From: Camelus ferus
Taxonomy: Eukaryota
Length of the DNA stretch: 64,000 nt
NCBI RefSeq assembly: GCF_009834535.1
Contig: NC_045696.1
Location: 60,762,001 to 60,826,000 of the forward strand
Reading direction: 5' to 3'
Shown here: piece after piece, positions 1 through 11,718 of the stretch
Layout of the letters: every line of letters starts with the position of its first letter
Numbering within the stretch: position 1 is the stretch's first letter
Made by a program: the position numbers and the translations under genes
Notes under the pieces: model-generated
The model's database searches: none
What the model was told of the DNA's origin: nothing
Seen by the model: only the letters and a program-made list of their open reading frames with translations

Positions 1-1470
1 TGACTTTCCTTTACGCTGGGGCTGCTGTTTGGTTCCAGCGTCAAATAGTCAGCTGGAATTACTCCTTAGTTATTATGCTGTTTGTTCACTTAGCAAATTT
101 CTTAAATTAGTGCTCAAAAACCTTATGCTGAATTAAAGGGCCAACCAATGAATGAATGAATAAATGCATGCTTGTCCAAGGGCTGTGTTTATGCTGCCAC
201 AGGACTTCATTAGCCTTAGAGAGAAAAACCAGGCATCATTCATCATTGAAGAATTTCAAATTGGGATTATTAAGTAGGGTTGGTCAGCTCTGGTACCAGA
301 GCAGAATTGCTTCTGGGGACCAGAATCTACGTGGTGACAGAAAGAATGTCAAATGCAGGAGGTAAAGGATATTATCTCCTCCGTTTAAAGCAAAGGCAAT
401 CTTCTGACTTCTATGGACCCTACTGGATAGGCCCTACACCAAACCTACACTTTGTAAACAATTCAGACCCTCTTGTTTTGACTTACACTTTGCATTTTAT
501 ACATAAAATAATTTTCAGATAGCAGAAATTCTTCTGTAACAATTTCTAAGCCCACCTGAATATAACTGCATACCTGTCTATACCAGATTTCTTTTTATCT
601 TCATTGATCAAAAAGGAACACTTCTATTTTTGTTGGATTGCGGTTGTCATAACTATTATCTGAAAAATATACAAATGTTTTCTTCCATTTGCATGTCTTC
701 AATATTTTCACAAGGCAGAGTATTCTTCTCTCTCTGCCTCCCGGCTTTTCAAGTTATTATTAAACTAATGGAGAATACAGCTGGAAGCTGATCTCTGAGG
801 ATCAAGGAGTATGGATATAGCTGGAAGAGGGCTACCAGCACATAATGGCTCAGCAGGAAACTGCCACACAGCACTGTGAAATCATAAAATTTAGCGAAAC
901 ATAATTTAAAAAAACACTCTTTAGAACAATGAGAACAATCATTTAGGTATACCATATACAGTTATTAAATTTAAAACAGGTATAATAGTGATGCAGAAAT
1001 CCCAATTCAAATTATTTTCTGTAAGTCAAAGGACAATTTATACTTTTGAAGACAGGGTCCACAACTTATGATCTTGCAATAATTAGCTGTTCTTTAAATT
1101 ATTGCAGCATTGATGAAATTTCCCATTGTTTTAGGATAATGAAAATGCTGAGGTATGTAATCACTGAAATTTTCACCAATTATCCCATTTTCAAAGGAAA
1201 ACTTCAAGAAGGTTATGCATCCTGAAAAATAAAGAGACTTCGGTGATTTGGAATTCCTTCTCATTCTCCAAACTCTGAGGCTGTTGAGTTGCTGATGAGG
1301 AGTGACGGCTGTGAAGCTCTCCTTCAAGGTCTGATCTTGGTCAACACTTCCAAGCCAAACTCTGGAATGCCACTTCTGCCATCTGCATTGGCTAGCACTT
1401 GCCCAGATTTTGTGCTTTGTTCAGAGGAACATGACACAAAGGAATGTCTTGAGAATTCACTTATCCATTC
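1..1470 (-). other. LMLN: Probable LMLN 3' UTR (end not located; may run off the window)
   Basis: Lies directly downstream of the stop codon; I identified no clear canonical poly(A) signal. Confidence 0.6.
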
Positions 1471-1571
1471 TTAATGCCATACACACAGAAGAAATCCAGC
1501 CAGCAGAGGAAATAGATTGCCTAGTAGAAGCCAGAGGGTGACCACCAGGCTAGAGGAACGGGAACAGAGAT
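1471..1571 (-). CDS. LMLN: LMLN exon 17 coding part ([32 protein letters not shown])
   Basis: tctag| acceptor, TAA stop at 1471-1473; hydrophobic GPI-signal-like tail. Confidence 0.95.
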
Positions 1572-4500
1572 CTAGAGTTGAAAACAAAAAATTTACTTTC
1601 TATAGACATTTTTGGAATAGATCCTACCAACTAAAACACTGACAGATGAGTAGAGGTGATTATTAAAAGGTGAACAAGGACACCTTGGAGAGCAGAATCA
1701 AGTGTGACTTCTTGAGACCTAGATATCCAAAGTCTTTTTTTATATTTATAGAAAAAGAACAAAAAAATTTATGCAGGAGGAAAGATGTATCTACCATACC
1801 AAGGTTCAAAAAAGGAACCCAGGAAAAGAGAGAGTGTCTCTGGGTAGTATCCTGGCAAAGCAAGATGCTATACAGGAAAGTAAATGAAAATCTTGGCTAT
1901 TCTGACAGGGGATGCAGGACTTTCTTCTACCCTTTCTTGTCCCTTCTAGGTAGGATGACCATATAATTTATCAACCAACATCAGGACATTTTGAGATAAG
2001 TGCTGAAATAACTTTCTAGACTCAAGATGGAGCCATTTCTGCCTGTGGTGCCACATCAGCAAACTGAAGCTTAGGTAACTTTTTGTGTTTGTGTAAATGC
2101 TCTGCTTGACCAGAACCACAGCATATTCAGTCAGCCAATCTCCCATCGCCAAGCTAACTCTGGGCCCTATACATATCTCCTTGTTCCTTGATCTTTCTAA
2201 AGGTCAGATGCTCAACCCCAGCACATCAACCTAAGGTGAGTACTTCCTTCCTTGTTTCCTGCTTGCTGCTCTCCCTTTATTTTACAGTTCTCTGGACTCC
2301 TGAGAGTAGAGACTGCCTGTGTGAAATAAAATTTGCTTTGATCAACTAAATTGTTCTCTTTGATTATTTTAACACAAGGGAATGCTATTAATAATCATAC
2401 CAGCAAAACAGGCACATGACTGTCCCAGGCAAAACAGGACATATGTTTCCCGATCTCTAAATGTCTACTTATATATCCATGTCACCCCAGGCTTGATTTG
2501 GAAACAGCAGAAGATTTTATGGGCTTTGGGCACTAGGAGTATATTTTAATTTAGCCAAGAGTTGTTCTCACAACTAAAACTATTTCCCCAAAATGATTCT
2601 CAGAATGGAAAACATTTTTTAGCAGTTAAAAGACCAGGTCAACCTGACTTTACTTTAGGATGAGTTGTCTGTTCTAATATTTTAACCAATAAAGACCCAA
2701 GCAATCTTCAAATCTGACTTGCTCAAAAGGTAAGGATAAAAAGGATTGGTCTTCAGCTGTAGAATGATAATGTCAGGGCACTGGAGCTTGTTCTTCTGAG
2801 CACTATACAGTGAGGAATTAGTATTTTAAAAAATCACTTCACTGTATGTAATCCAGGTAAACCATAGGGAAGTTATATTCTTTCCCAATGGAATCAGCTG
2901 GCATTGTTAAGTCTTAGAAAAATCCAACTTTTCTGAGAATAATCCTTCTCCAAGTGTGGTACTTGGATCAACAACATCAGCATCCCCTGGGAACTAATTA
3001 AAAAGGCAAATTCTCAGGCTCCAACCCAGATCTTGTGAATCAGAAACTCTGGGGGTCAGTCCTAGCATGATTCTGATGCATGCTGAAGTTTGCGAACCCC
3101 GGACCTAGAGCTGCACTGTCATGTGGCAGCCACTAGTGGTATGTACCATTTAAATTTAAATTAGCCAAAATGAAATAAAATATTTAGTTCCTTAGTCTCA
3201 CTAGCCACATCTCACATGTTCAATAGTCACATGTGGCTAATGACTGCTGTATGGGATAATGCAGTTTACAGAACATTTCCATCACCCCAGAAAGTTCTAT
3301 TGGATAAGTTCTGGCAGAGAGCATCAGGTAGAGCGGTCTTGGCTGGAACAAGGAGTAGGCCTTGGAGTCACTAATAGCCAAGGCACATCACTTTATCTTC
3401 TGATTCTCAATTTGGCCCAAAGGAAACAAGAGGAGAAGTAGCAATTGGTTTATCTACTGCTGGTACTAAAATTTAGGAAGCTATTAAAACATAAATGGTA
3501 GCTCTGGAGTATTTGTTGTCTTTCAGAAACACTGCACTTTCTGTGACAGTACTCTTTAAAAAGAAAAGACACAATGAGGGTGTTTGAAAATGAATTGGAG
3601 ATGATAGATCTGGGTTTTGATCTGAACTTCATTATCTATTAGCTGTGACCGTAACTATCACTTTATCTCTTTTTACCTTAGTTTTCTCATGTGTAAAATA
3701 ATTTCTATCTCATTAGGTTTTGTGATGATTAAATAGAATGATATAGACATAAAGCATTCAGCAAAGTGTCTAGCATTCAATAAACAGAAACAAAAACAAC
3801 CTCTATAATCTGAAGAGGCCAGAAAGAATTTAGAAATAAATCTTTCATATTGACTAGTGGAAACTATCTAATCACACTCTAGCATTTACAAGTGATGACA
3901 AAAGAAAAGGAGAAAGAAAAGAAGATGAGAGTTTTACATTCTAAAAGAAATTACAAGTGTTAAGAAAAGGCTGTGTGAACTAACACCTGAGAACAACAAC
4001 AAAAATCAGAAGAATTTGGGGAGAGAAGTATCTTTACACACTTCCTCCAGAATATGAGGGGTTTTAAAGTTTTAAAGACATATCTAGAAACCTAAAAAGC
4101 ACCTTAACTCATAAGACATATTAGGAATAATCAATTGCTTAATAAGCTTTAACATAGGTTAATTCTAATTATTAGTATTTCTCATACAAGTACATTTAAA
4201 GCATCAAATCTTATTTTTACAAGTTTGGTGGGTCATAAAAACATTATTAAAAAGAAACAAACTATGTACTTAAAATAAAGAGCACATGTAAAGTCTGCCA
4301 TAGTCCCTGGTACATAGTTAAATAAACATTCAGCAAAGGCTCAGTGTGTGCTCTATTCACACACATTAACAAAGACAAGAAGTCAGGTTATTTTAGAATT
4401 TTGACAGTGATGCTTATAATATTCAAAAAGCAATGCCTAAAAGGCAACTATTCTTGTGCATTTTTATGCATTTTTCAAAATTGGCAGTGCTTTGGAGGTT

Positions 4501-7500
4501 ACAATGTTTTTTTAAGCTTCCTTCCTCATAGAACTGGTTAAAGGGAAGAAATCATAACATAGTGACTATAAAGAGTGAGCAGGATAAGAAAAAGAAAAGT
4601 CTAACGCGCAGGTTTGTGGAAGGGGTGGGTCATCTGCAATCTATTTCCCATCTCCTTTCAACAGATTCTCTTGTCTTTGCCATGTTCCAAGGACAGGAAC
4701 TAATCATTTCAGAGCTCCTCGACCTGGTCTGGCTTTCTCCTCATTTCTAGACATTCTCCTACTGTAATCCTAAGTTTCTTACCTCTGAACCAGCTGGAGT
4801 AACTCTCTCATCTCAGCTCTAACTGCTAATGGCTCAATCACTGTTCATCTCTTGGACAATGAGATGGTAATAGTTTCTTATAGTTAACTCTGAGATTAGG
4901 CCTGAGGATGGGAACTTCATCAGAACCACCTATTTGTAGACTAGCAGTCCTCTAATCCTAGCCAAAGAAATTTAACAATAACAACAAAATTAAGTCATCC
5001 TACCAGCTTCACATTAAAAGCTGACTAAGAGTATTCAACACTATATTTACTACATACCGTATCAGAAGCACCTAAGATCTTTTATCATTTCGAATAATTC
5101 ACTGTGCATTACCATTATAACTGCAGAAAACTCAGCTGGCTCACAGGAATTCAGTGAAAAGAGTTAACATAGCAGGCCCGAGATGGCCACTCTTTCAAAG
5201 TCCTGTTTGCAAGGACAGCCTTCAGCTGGTGTCTGGGAACTGGTTTCTTCCAGGCGTTGCCCACTGCCCCTTTTCCTTTTGCTGATTCTGCTTTGTATCT
5301 TTTCCCCTTAACAAAGCTTAGTCACAAGTACAACTAGAGGCAATCTTGTGTCTCCTAGAGAATCATTAAATCTGGGGGTGGTCTTGGACACCCCCAACAC
5401 AAGTATTAACCTTCCAAAACTCATCCTCTACTTATATCCCAAGCCTGCAGGATTTGGGAAAGAAAGGAAATTAAATTTTAGATGTGAAGAAATTTTGAGC
5501 TGTAAAGTGAATGTAGCCCTCTGTTTTCAACCAGACCATGGAACAGGCAAAGGGTTAAAACAGTTTCATTTGAAAAATATCTCCTGTTGAGAAAATGAAA
5601 CATGGCATATTTCAAAATGTCAATCAGTCATAAAATCTCATAGGTCATTTAATTAAAATATCATAGACCATAGGTCAAAGCTTTCATGGAAAGTTCATGA
5701 ACTCTGCTTTTATAACTCTTAGAAGTGGATCATCAACCTCAGTTTGCACACCTTCATTAGTAGGGAACGCACTCTTCTAGAGACAGTCCTTTCCATTCCC
5801 CTCCTGATTCTAAAGGATTTAACCAGAATCTGTCTCCCTACAACTTCAGTTCTACTCTCTGGAGTCTCAAAGAATGAGCAAAATATCCCTGTGAGAACCA
5901 CTGTCTTTGCCAGCCTGTCTTCCTATCTCACCTTGTGAGTGTGTATTTGTGGATCCTTGCACCTTTCTTTGCTTTGTGGGTGTGTCAATCCCTTCTTTGA
6001 GCTTCTTTTCCAGTGTCTTTCCCTCTCTTGCACTTCACCTAGTTATAATATAACTAAAATATACTTAATTGCTTTTTGTATTCAATGAACATAATTTTTA
6101 CTCTTAATTTAAAAAATCAGTGGTTGAAACATTAACTTTTTATAAACTTCAATGACTTTTTTTGTGTGCAAGTCAGAGGTTCTTCACATAGAAAGCTTTC
6201 TCACCCTCACTCTTACTGAAGGGAGGTAAACTTGTTACCTCCCTTCAGTTTCTAACAGTGGAATTGCAATTAGAAGAGAAGACACTCAACCTGTTTTAGA
6301 GCTTCCTTGAAGGGAATTTTCAACATCTTGTAAGAAAAATCTCTCTCTTTATTCCAACCAGAGAGACTACTCACCCAGGGGTAGAGTTCGGGTCAAGTTA
6401 GCAGCTGGAGGATCTGTTTCTGGAGGACAGAGTTCACAGAAGTCCCAGCATGATGGGCAGAGCAGGTTTCCATCGTGAATCCAGCCATTCATCTGAATAC
6501 TGACGGGGAGGACCTGCCCGGCCCGACTACACAAATATGAAGTATCCTGAACCCAAACCTTCAGACCTTGTGGAGAACAAGAAACCTTCAAAAAGTGGGA
6601 AAAAGAATCAGATCAGTAAGATTCTAGTATGTGAGGCTTCTCCTTCAACTGTAGGAAAATATGGTAGAATTTACTAAAAATGCTGGCTATAAAACACAAT
6701 TGGGGATAAGGGAATATTTAAATCTCATACAAAGAGGGTTAAGTTATTCAGGTTGTAAAAGAATTTCACTCTGTGGTAGTAGTTCTTAAACTTTGACCAC
6801 AGTACCTTTTAAAAAATCTTAATAAAATCTATGGACACCTTTCCTAAAAAACACAAGGTAATATGCCACATTACATACAGTTTGAATCCACAGAACCCTA
6901 AAGACAAGGCATTAATAACAACATTTCTGTAGGGGTTCGGTTCCGGTCAAGATGGCAGAGTGGTAGGACCACGAGCTTGCCTCTCCTCGCGACTACAATG
7001 AAACCACAACTGAATGCTAAACAACCATCGAAAAAAGACTGGAACCTAGCAAAAAAGATCTTCTGCAACTGGAAACATAAAGAGGGAACCACAGCAGGAC
7101 AGTAGGAGGGACGTGCTCATGATATAATTGGGCCCCATAACCCCTCGGGTGGGCAACCCACAAGCTGAAGATTTGTTAAGTCGCAGAGGCCCTCCCACAG
7201 GAGTGAGAGCTCTAAGCCCCACGTCAGGCTCCCCAGCTTGGGTCCCGGCAGTGGGAAGAGAAGGAGACCCCAGGACATCTGGTTTTGAAGGTCAGGGGGG
7301 CGTGGCTCAGGGAGTCCCACGGGACTGAGGGAAACAGAGGCTCCATTTGCTTAAGAAGCATACAAGGAAACTCACATGCACCAGGTCCAAGGGCAGAGGC
7401 AGTGATTTCATAGGAACTTGGGCCAGACCTGCCTGCTGGATTTGGAGGGTCTCCCGGGGTGGTAGAGGACGGCTGCGGCTCACTCAAGGGACATAAAAAC

Positions 7501-9188
7501 TGGTGGTGGACATTCCGGGAGTGTTAATCTACATGAGCTTGCTTGGAGGCTGACATTTTGATTGGATCATTAGCACCAACACCGAGCCCCAGCCAACAGC
7601 CTGTAGGGAAGCCTCAGGCCAAACAGCATACAGGGTGGGAACACAGACACACCCACTAGCAGACTTCCTAAGCCACAAAGGCCTCTAGACACGGCCCTAC
7701 CCACCAGAGGTCCAGGACCAAGCTTCACCCAGCAGTGGGCAGGCACCAACTCCTCCTGCCAGGAAACCTGCATAAGCCTCTAGTCCAGCCTCATCCACCA
7801 GGGGCAGATACTAGAAACAAGAAAACAATAATCCCAAAGGCTGTGGAAGGAATCCACAAACACATAGAAAGAAATATGAGGTGGTAAAGGAATATCTCCC
7901 AGGCCAAGGCACAAGATAAAATCCCAGAAGAAGAAATAAGTGGTGAGAAGGTAGGTAATTTATCTGAGAAAGAGTTTAAAATAATGATGGCCAAGATGTT
8001 CAGAGAACTCAAGAGGAGTATAGATGCACAGAGTGAAGTTTTTAGCAAAGAGTTGGAAAATATAAAGAATACCCAAACAGAGTTGAAGAATAAAATCACT
8101 GAAATGAACAATACACTAGAAGGAACCAAGAATAGACTAAATGAGGCAGAAGAAGGGTTCACTGAGCTAAAAGACATATTAGTGAAAATCACTACTTCAG
8201 AACAGAAAAAAGAAAAAAGAATAAAAAGGAATGAGGATAGTTCAACAGAACTCTGGGACAACATGAAGTGCTCTAATATTCACATTATAGGGGTCCAAGA
8301 AAGAGAAGAGAGAGAGAAAGGACCCAAGAAAATTTTTGGAGAGATAATAACTGAAAACTTCCCCAACTTGGGAAAGGAAACAGTCACCCAAGTCCAGGAA
8401 GACCAGAGAGTACTACACAGAATCAACCCAAAGAGGAACACATCAAGGCATCTAGTCATCAAATTGACAACAATTAAGGATAAGGAGAAAATATTAAAAT
8501 TAGCAAGAGAAAAGCAACAAATAACATACAAGGGAACTCCTATAAGGTTATCAGCTGATTTTTCAGTAGAAATTCTATAAGCCAGAAGGGACTGGAAAGA
8601 TATATTTAAAGTGATGAAAGGGAAAAACCTACAACCAAGAATACTCTATCCAGCAAGGTTCTCAATCAGACTTGATGGGGAAATCAAAAGCTTCACAGAT
8701 AAACAAAAGCTAAATGATTTCAGCACCACCAAACCAACTTTAGAGCAAATGTTATAGGACCTACTCTAGTCATCAAACCATAAGAAATGAGAACAAAAAA
8801 AGAAAGAGAAAAAAAAAAGAGACCTACAAAAGATTGCTTTGGCTGTTTGGGGTCTTTTGTGGTTCCTTATAAATTTTGGAATTGTTCCAGTTCTGTGAGG
8901 AATGTCGCGAGTATTTTGATGGGGGTTGCACTGGATCTGTGGATTGCTTTGGGTAGTGTGGCCATTTTGATAGTGTTGATTCTTCCAATCCAAGAGCATA
9001 AGAAATCTTTCTATTTCTTTGTGTTATTTCGGTTTTCGGAGTATAGGTAACCTCCTTGGTTAAGCTTATTTCTAGGTGTTTTGTTGTTTTTGATGTAATG
9101 GAAATGTCTCTGCCAGTTATAAAATTCTGGGTTTTGAAGTGAAAAAAAAAAAAAGTGAATGAAGGGCCGCAAATGGCAAAATATTCCA

Positions 9189-9227
<39 letters not shown>

Positions 9228-11653
9228 TACACTGCATCTCTATTATCTATTCAACTATTGATGTACACTTAGGATGCTTCCATATCTTGGCAATTATAAA
9301 TAACTTTGCTGTTAATAACAGGGCGTATGTATCTTTTTGAGTTAAATCTTATTTTGTGGTTGGCTTTATTCCTTTGATAACTATGTAAGTTTAAAAAGCT
9401 AAAGTTCTAAACATTCTTAGAAACAATGAACAGTATATATATGTAAATTCAAAAATACATGTGCAGTTAAAACAAAAAAACTTATCACGCCATGAAAGAC
9501 ATATTACTAAATGAAAGAAGCCAGCCTGAAAAGGCTACAACTGTACGATTCCAACCAAATGACGGTTTGGAAAAGGCACAGCTACAGAAACAATAAAAAG
9601 ATTGTGGTTTCCAGAGGTTTGGGGAGAGGGAGGGAGGGAGAAATGAATAGATGGAGCACAAGGGATTTTTAGGGCAATGAAATTATTCTGTATGATACTA
9701 TAGTGGTGGCTACATGCATTATGCATTTGTCAAAACCCACAGAATGTACAACATCAAGAGTAAACCCTAATGTAAACTATGGACTTTGGTTGATAATAAC
9801 ATACCCATGTTGGTTCATCAATTGAACCAAATATGCCACACTGGTGAGGGATGTTGAAGGTAGGGGATTATATATGGGTGGGTGGGGCGGACTATGTGGG
9901 AACTCTGTATTTTCTGCTCAATTCTGCTGTAAACATGAAACTGTTCTAAAAAAAGTAATGTCTATCAAAAAAAAATTTCTGTAGATTCTAGTATCCTCCT
10001 TTATTTCAGCTTAAATCTCTGTCAAAGCCATTAACCATGTCATTTTTTTGTGCAAGTCACTATATTTTGTAAATCAAAATTTTATTAGTTGTTTTAAAAA
10101 ATAATATATGTTAATTGTAAAAAAAAAAAAAAAAAAAGAAACACAACAGAGAAATGACATAGTGATAGTTATTCTTTTTCTCTATCCCAGACCCTCTGGG
10201 ATAGAGATAAAAATGTTCATGATGATTACATTATGAGTACAACTGATAACATCTTTAAAGGCAGGACTCATATCTCAAATACAAGGGGTAAATAATAAAA
10301 TCAATTTTTAAAAGCAAACATATTAAAACTAACAAAAAATGTTTAAAATGACTGTATCTTCTTCAATGTTGTTTTCTAAAAGGACTTCACATTAATTTCA
10401 ATTATGCTACGTCACTTTAAATATTTCTGAAACTTCAGTGCATGCTTCTGAATATGTTTGATGGTGACAAATTTTTACTTTGCAAGTAGATGTAAATTTT
10501 GAAAATACCCAAAAGTCGCCAAGAACCAAGTCTAGTTAAAGGCAGTTCATTAAACTGGTTAAGACTAGGTCAACAAAGGTCTTAATTTCCAAATATACAA
10601 ACAGCTCATACAACTCAATAACAACAACAACAAAACAACCCAATCAAAAAATGGGCAGAAGATTTAAACAAACATTTCTCCCATGAAAAGAAGATTAACA
10701 TCATTAATTACCAGAGAAATGCAAATCAAAACTACAATGAGATTATCACCTCACACCAGTCAGAGCCATCATTCAAAAGTCCACAAGCGATAAATGCTGG
10801 AGAGAATGTGGAGAAAAGGGAATTCTCCTACACCACTGGTGGGAATGTAGTTTGGTGCAACCATTATGGAAAACAGGAGATTCCTCAAGAAACTAAACAT
10901 AGACTTACTACACAATTCAGCAATCCCATTTTTCAGCATATATTCAGAGGGAACTCTAATTCAAAAAAATACATGCACCCCAATGTTCATAGCAGCACTA
11001 TTTACAACAGCCAAGACATGGAAACAACCTAAATGTCCATCGACAGATGACTGGATAAAGAAGTTGTACTGTATTTATGCAATGGAATACTACTCAACCC
11101 TAAAAAAGAATAAAACAATGCCATTTGCAGCAACATGGATGGAACTGGAGATTGTCATTCTAAGTGAAGTAAGCCAGAAAGAGAAAGAAAAATACCATAT
11201 GGTATCACTTATATGTGGAATCTACAAAAAAGACAAATGAACTTATTTACAAATCAGAAACATATTCACAGACACAGTTTACAACACTGTAAACTGATTA
11301 TACTTCAATAAAAAATTTTTTTAAAAGATGTGGCATATAGATACAATAGAATACCTCCCAGACACAAAAAAGAATGAAATAATGCCATTTTTAGCAACAT
11401 GGATAGAACTGGAGATCATGCCAAGTGAAATAAGCCAGAGAAAGAAAGAAAAATATCATGATACCACTTACATATGGAATCTAAACAAAGGACACAAATG
11501 AATTTATTTACAAAACAGAAACAGACTTACAGACACAGAAAACAAACTTATGGATACCAGGGGGAGAAGGGAGGAGTAAGGGATAAATTGGGAGTTTGGA
11601 ATTTGTAGATACTAACTTGTAATGGCCTATAATGGAAAAGACTATGAAAAGGA

Positions 11654-11718
<65 letters not shown>

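Larger units (their letters stand above)
6933..9974 (+). mobile_element. Full-length ORF1-only L1-derived composite element (HAL1-like), copy A
   Basis: L1 5' end with CAAGATGGC, GC-rich 5' UTR, ORF1 remnant 7876-8769, mosaic 3' half, A-tail, TSD atttctgtag (6923-6932 / 9975-9984). Confidence 0.85.

Noticed and set aside
7791..8531. Hydrophobic minus-strand ORFs (157 and 83 aa)
   Set aside because: Antisense shadow of the A-rich L1 ORF1.
8832..9100. Twin-priming inversion as the explanation of the inverted ORF2 piece
   Set aside because: The identical junction occurs in two insertions with different TSDs and the 3' end comes from a much older L1 type, so it was already in the RNA template.
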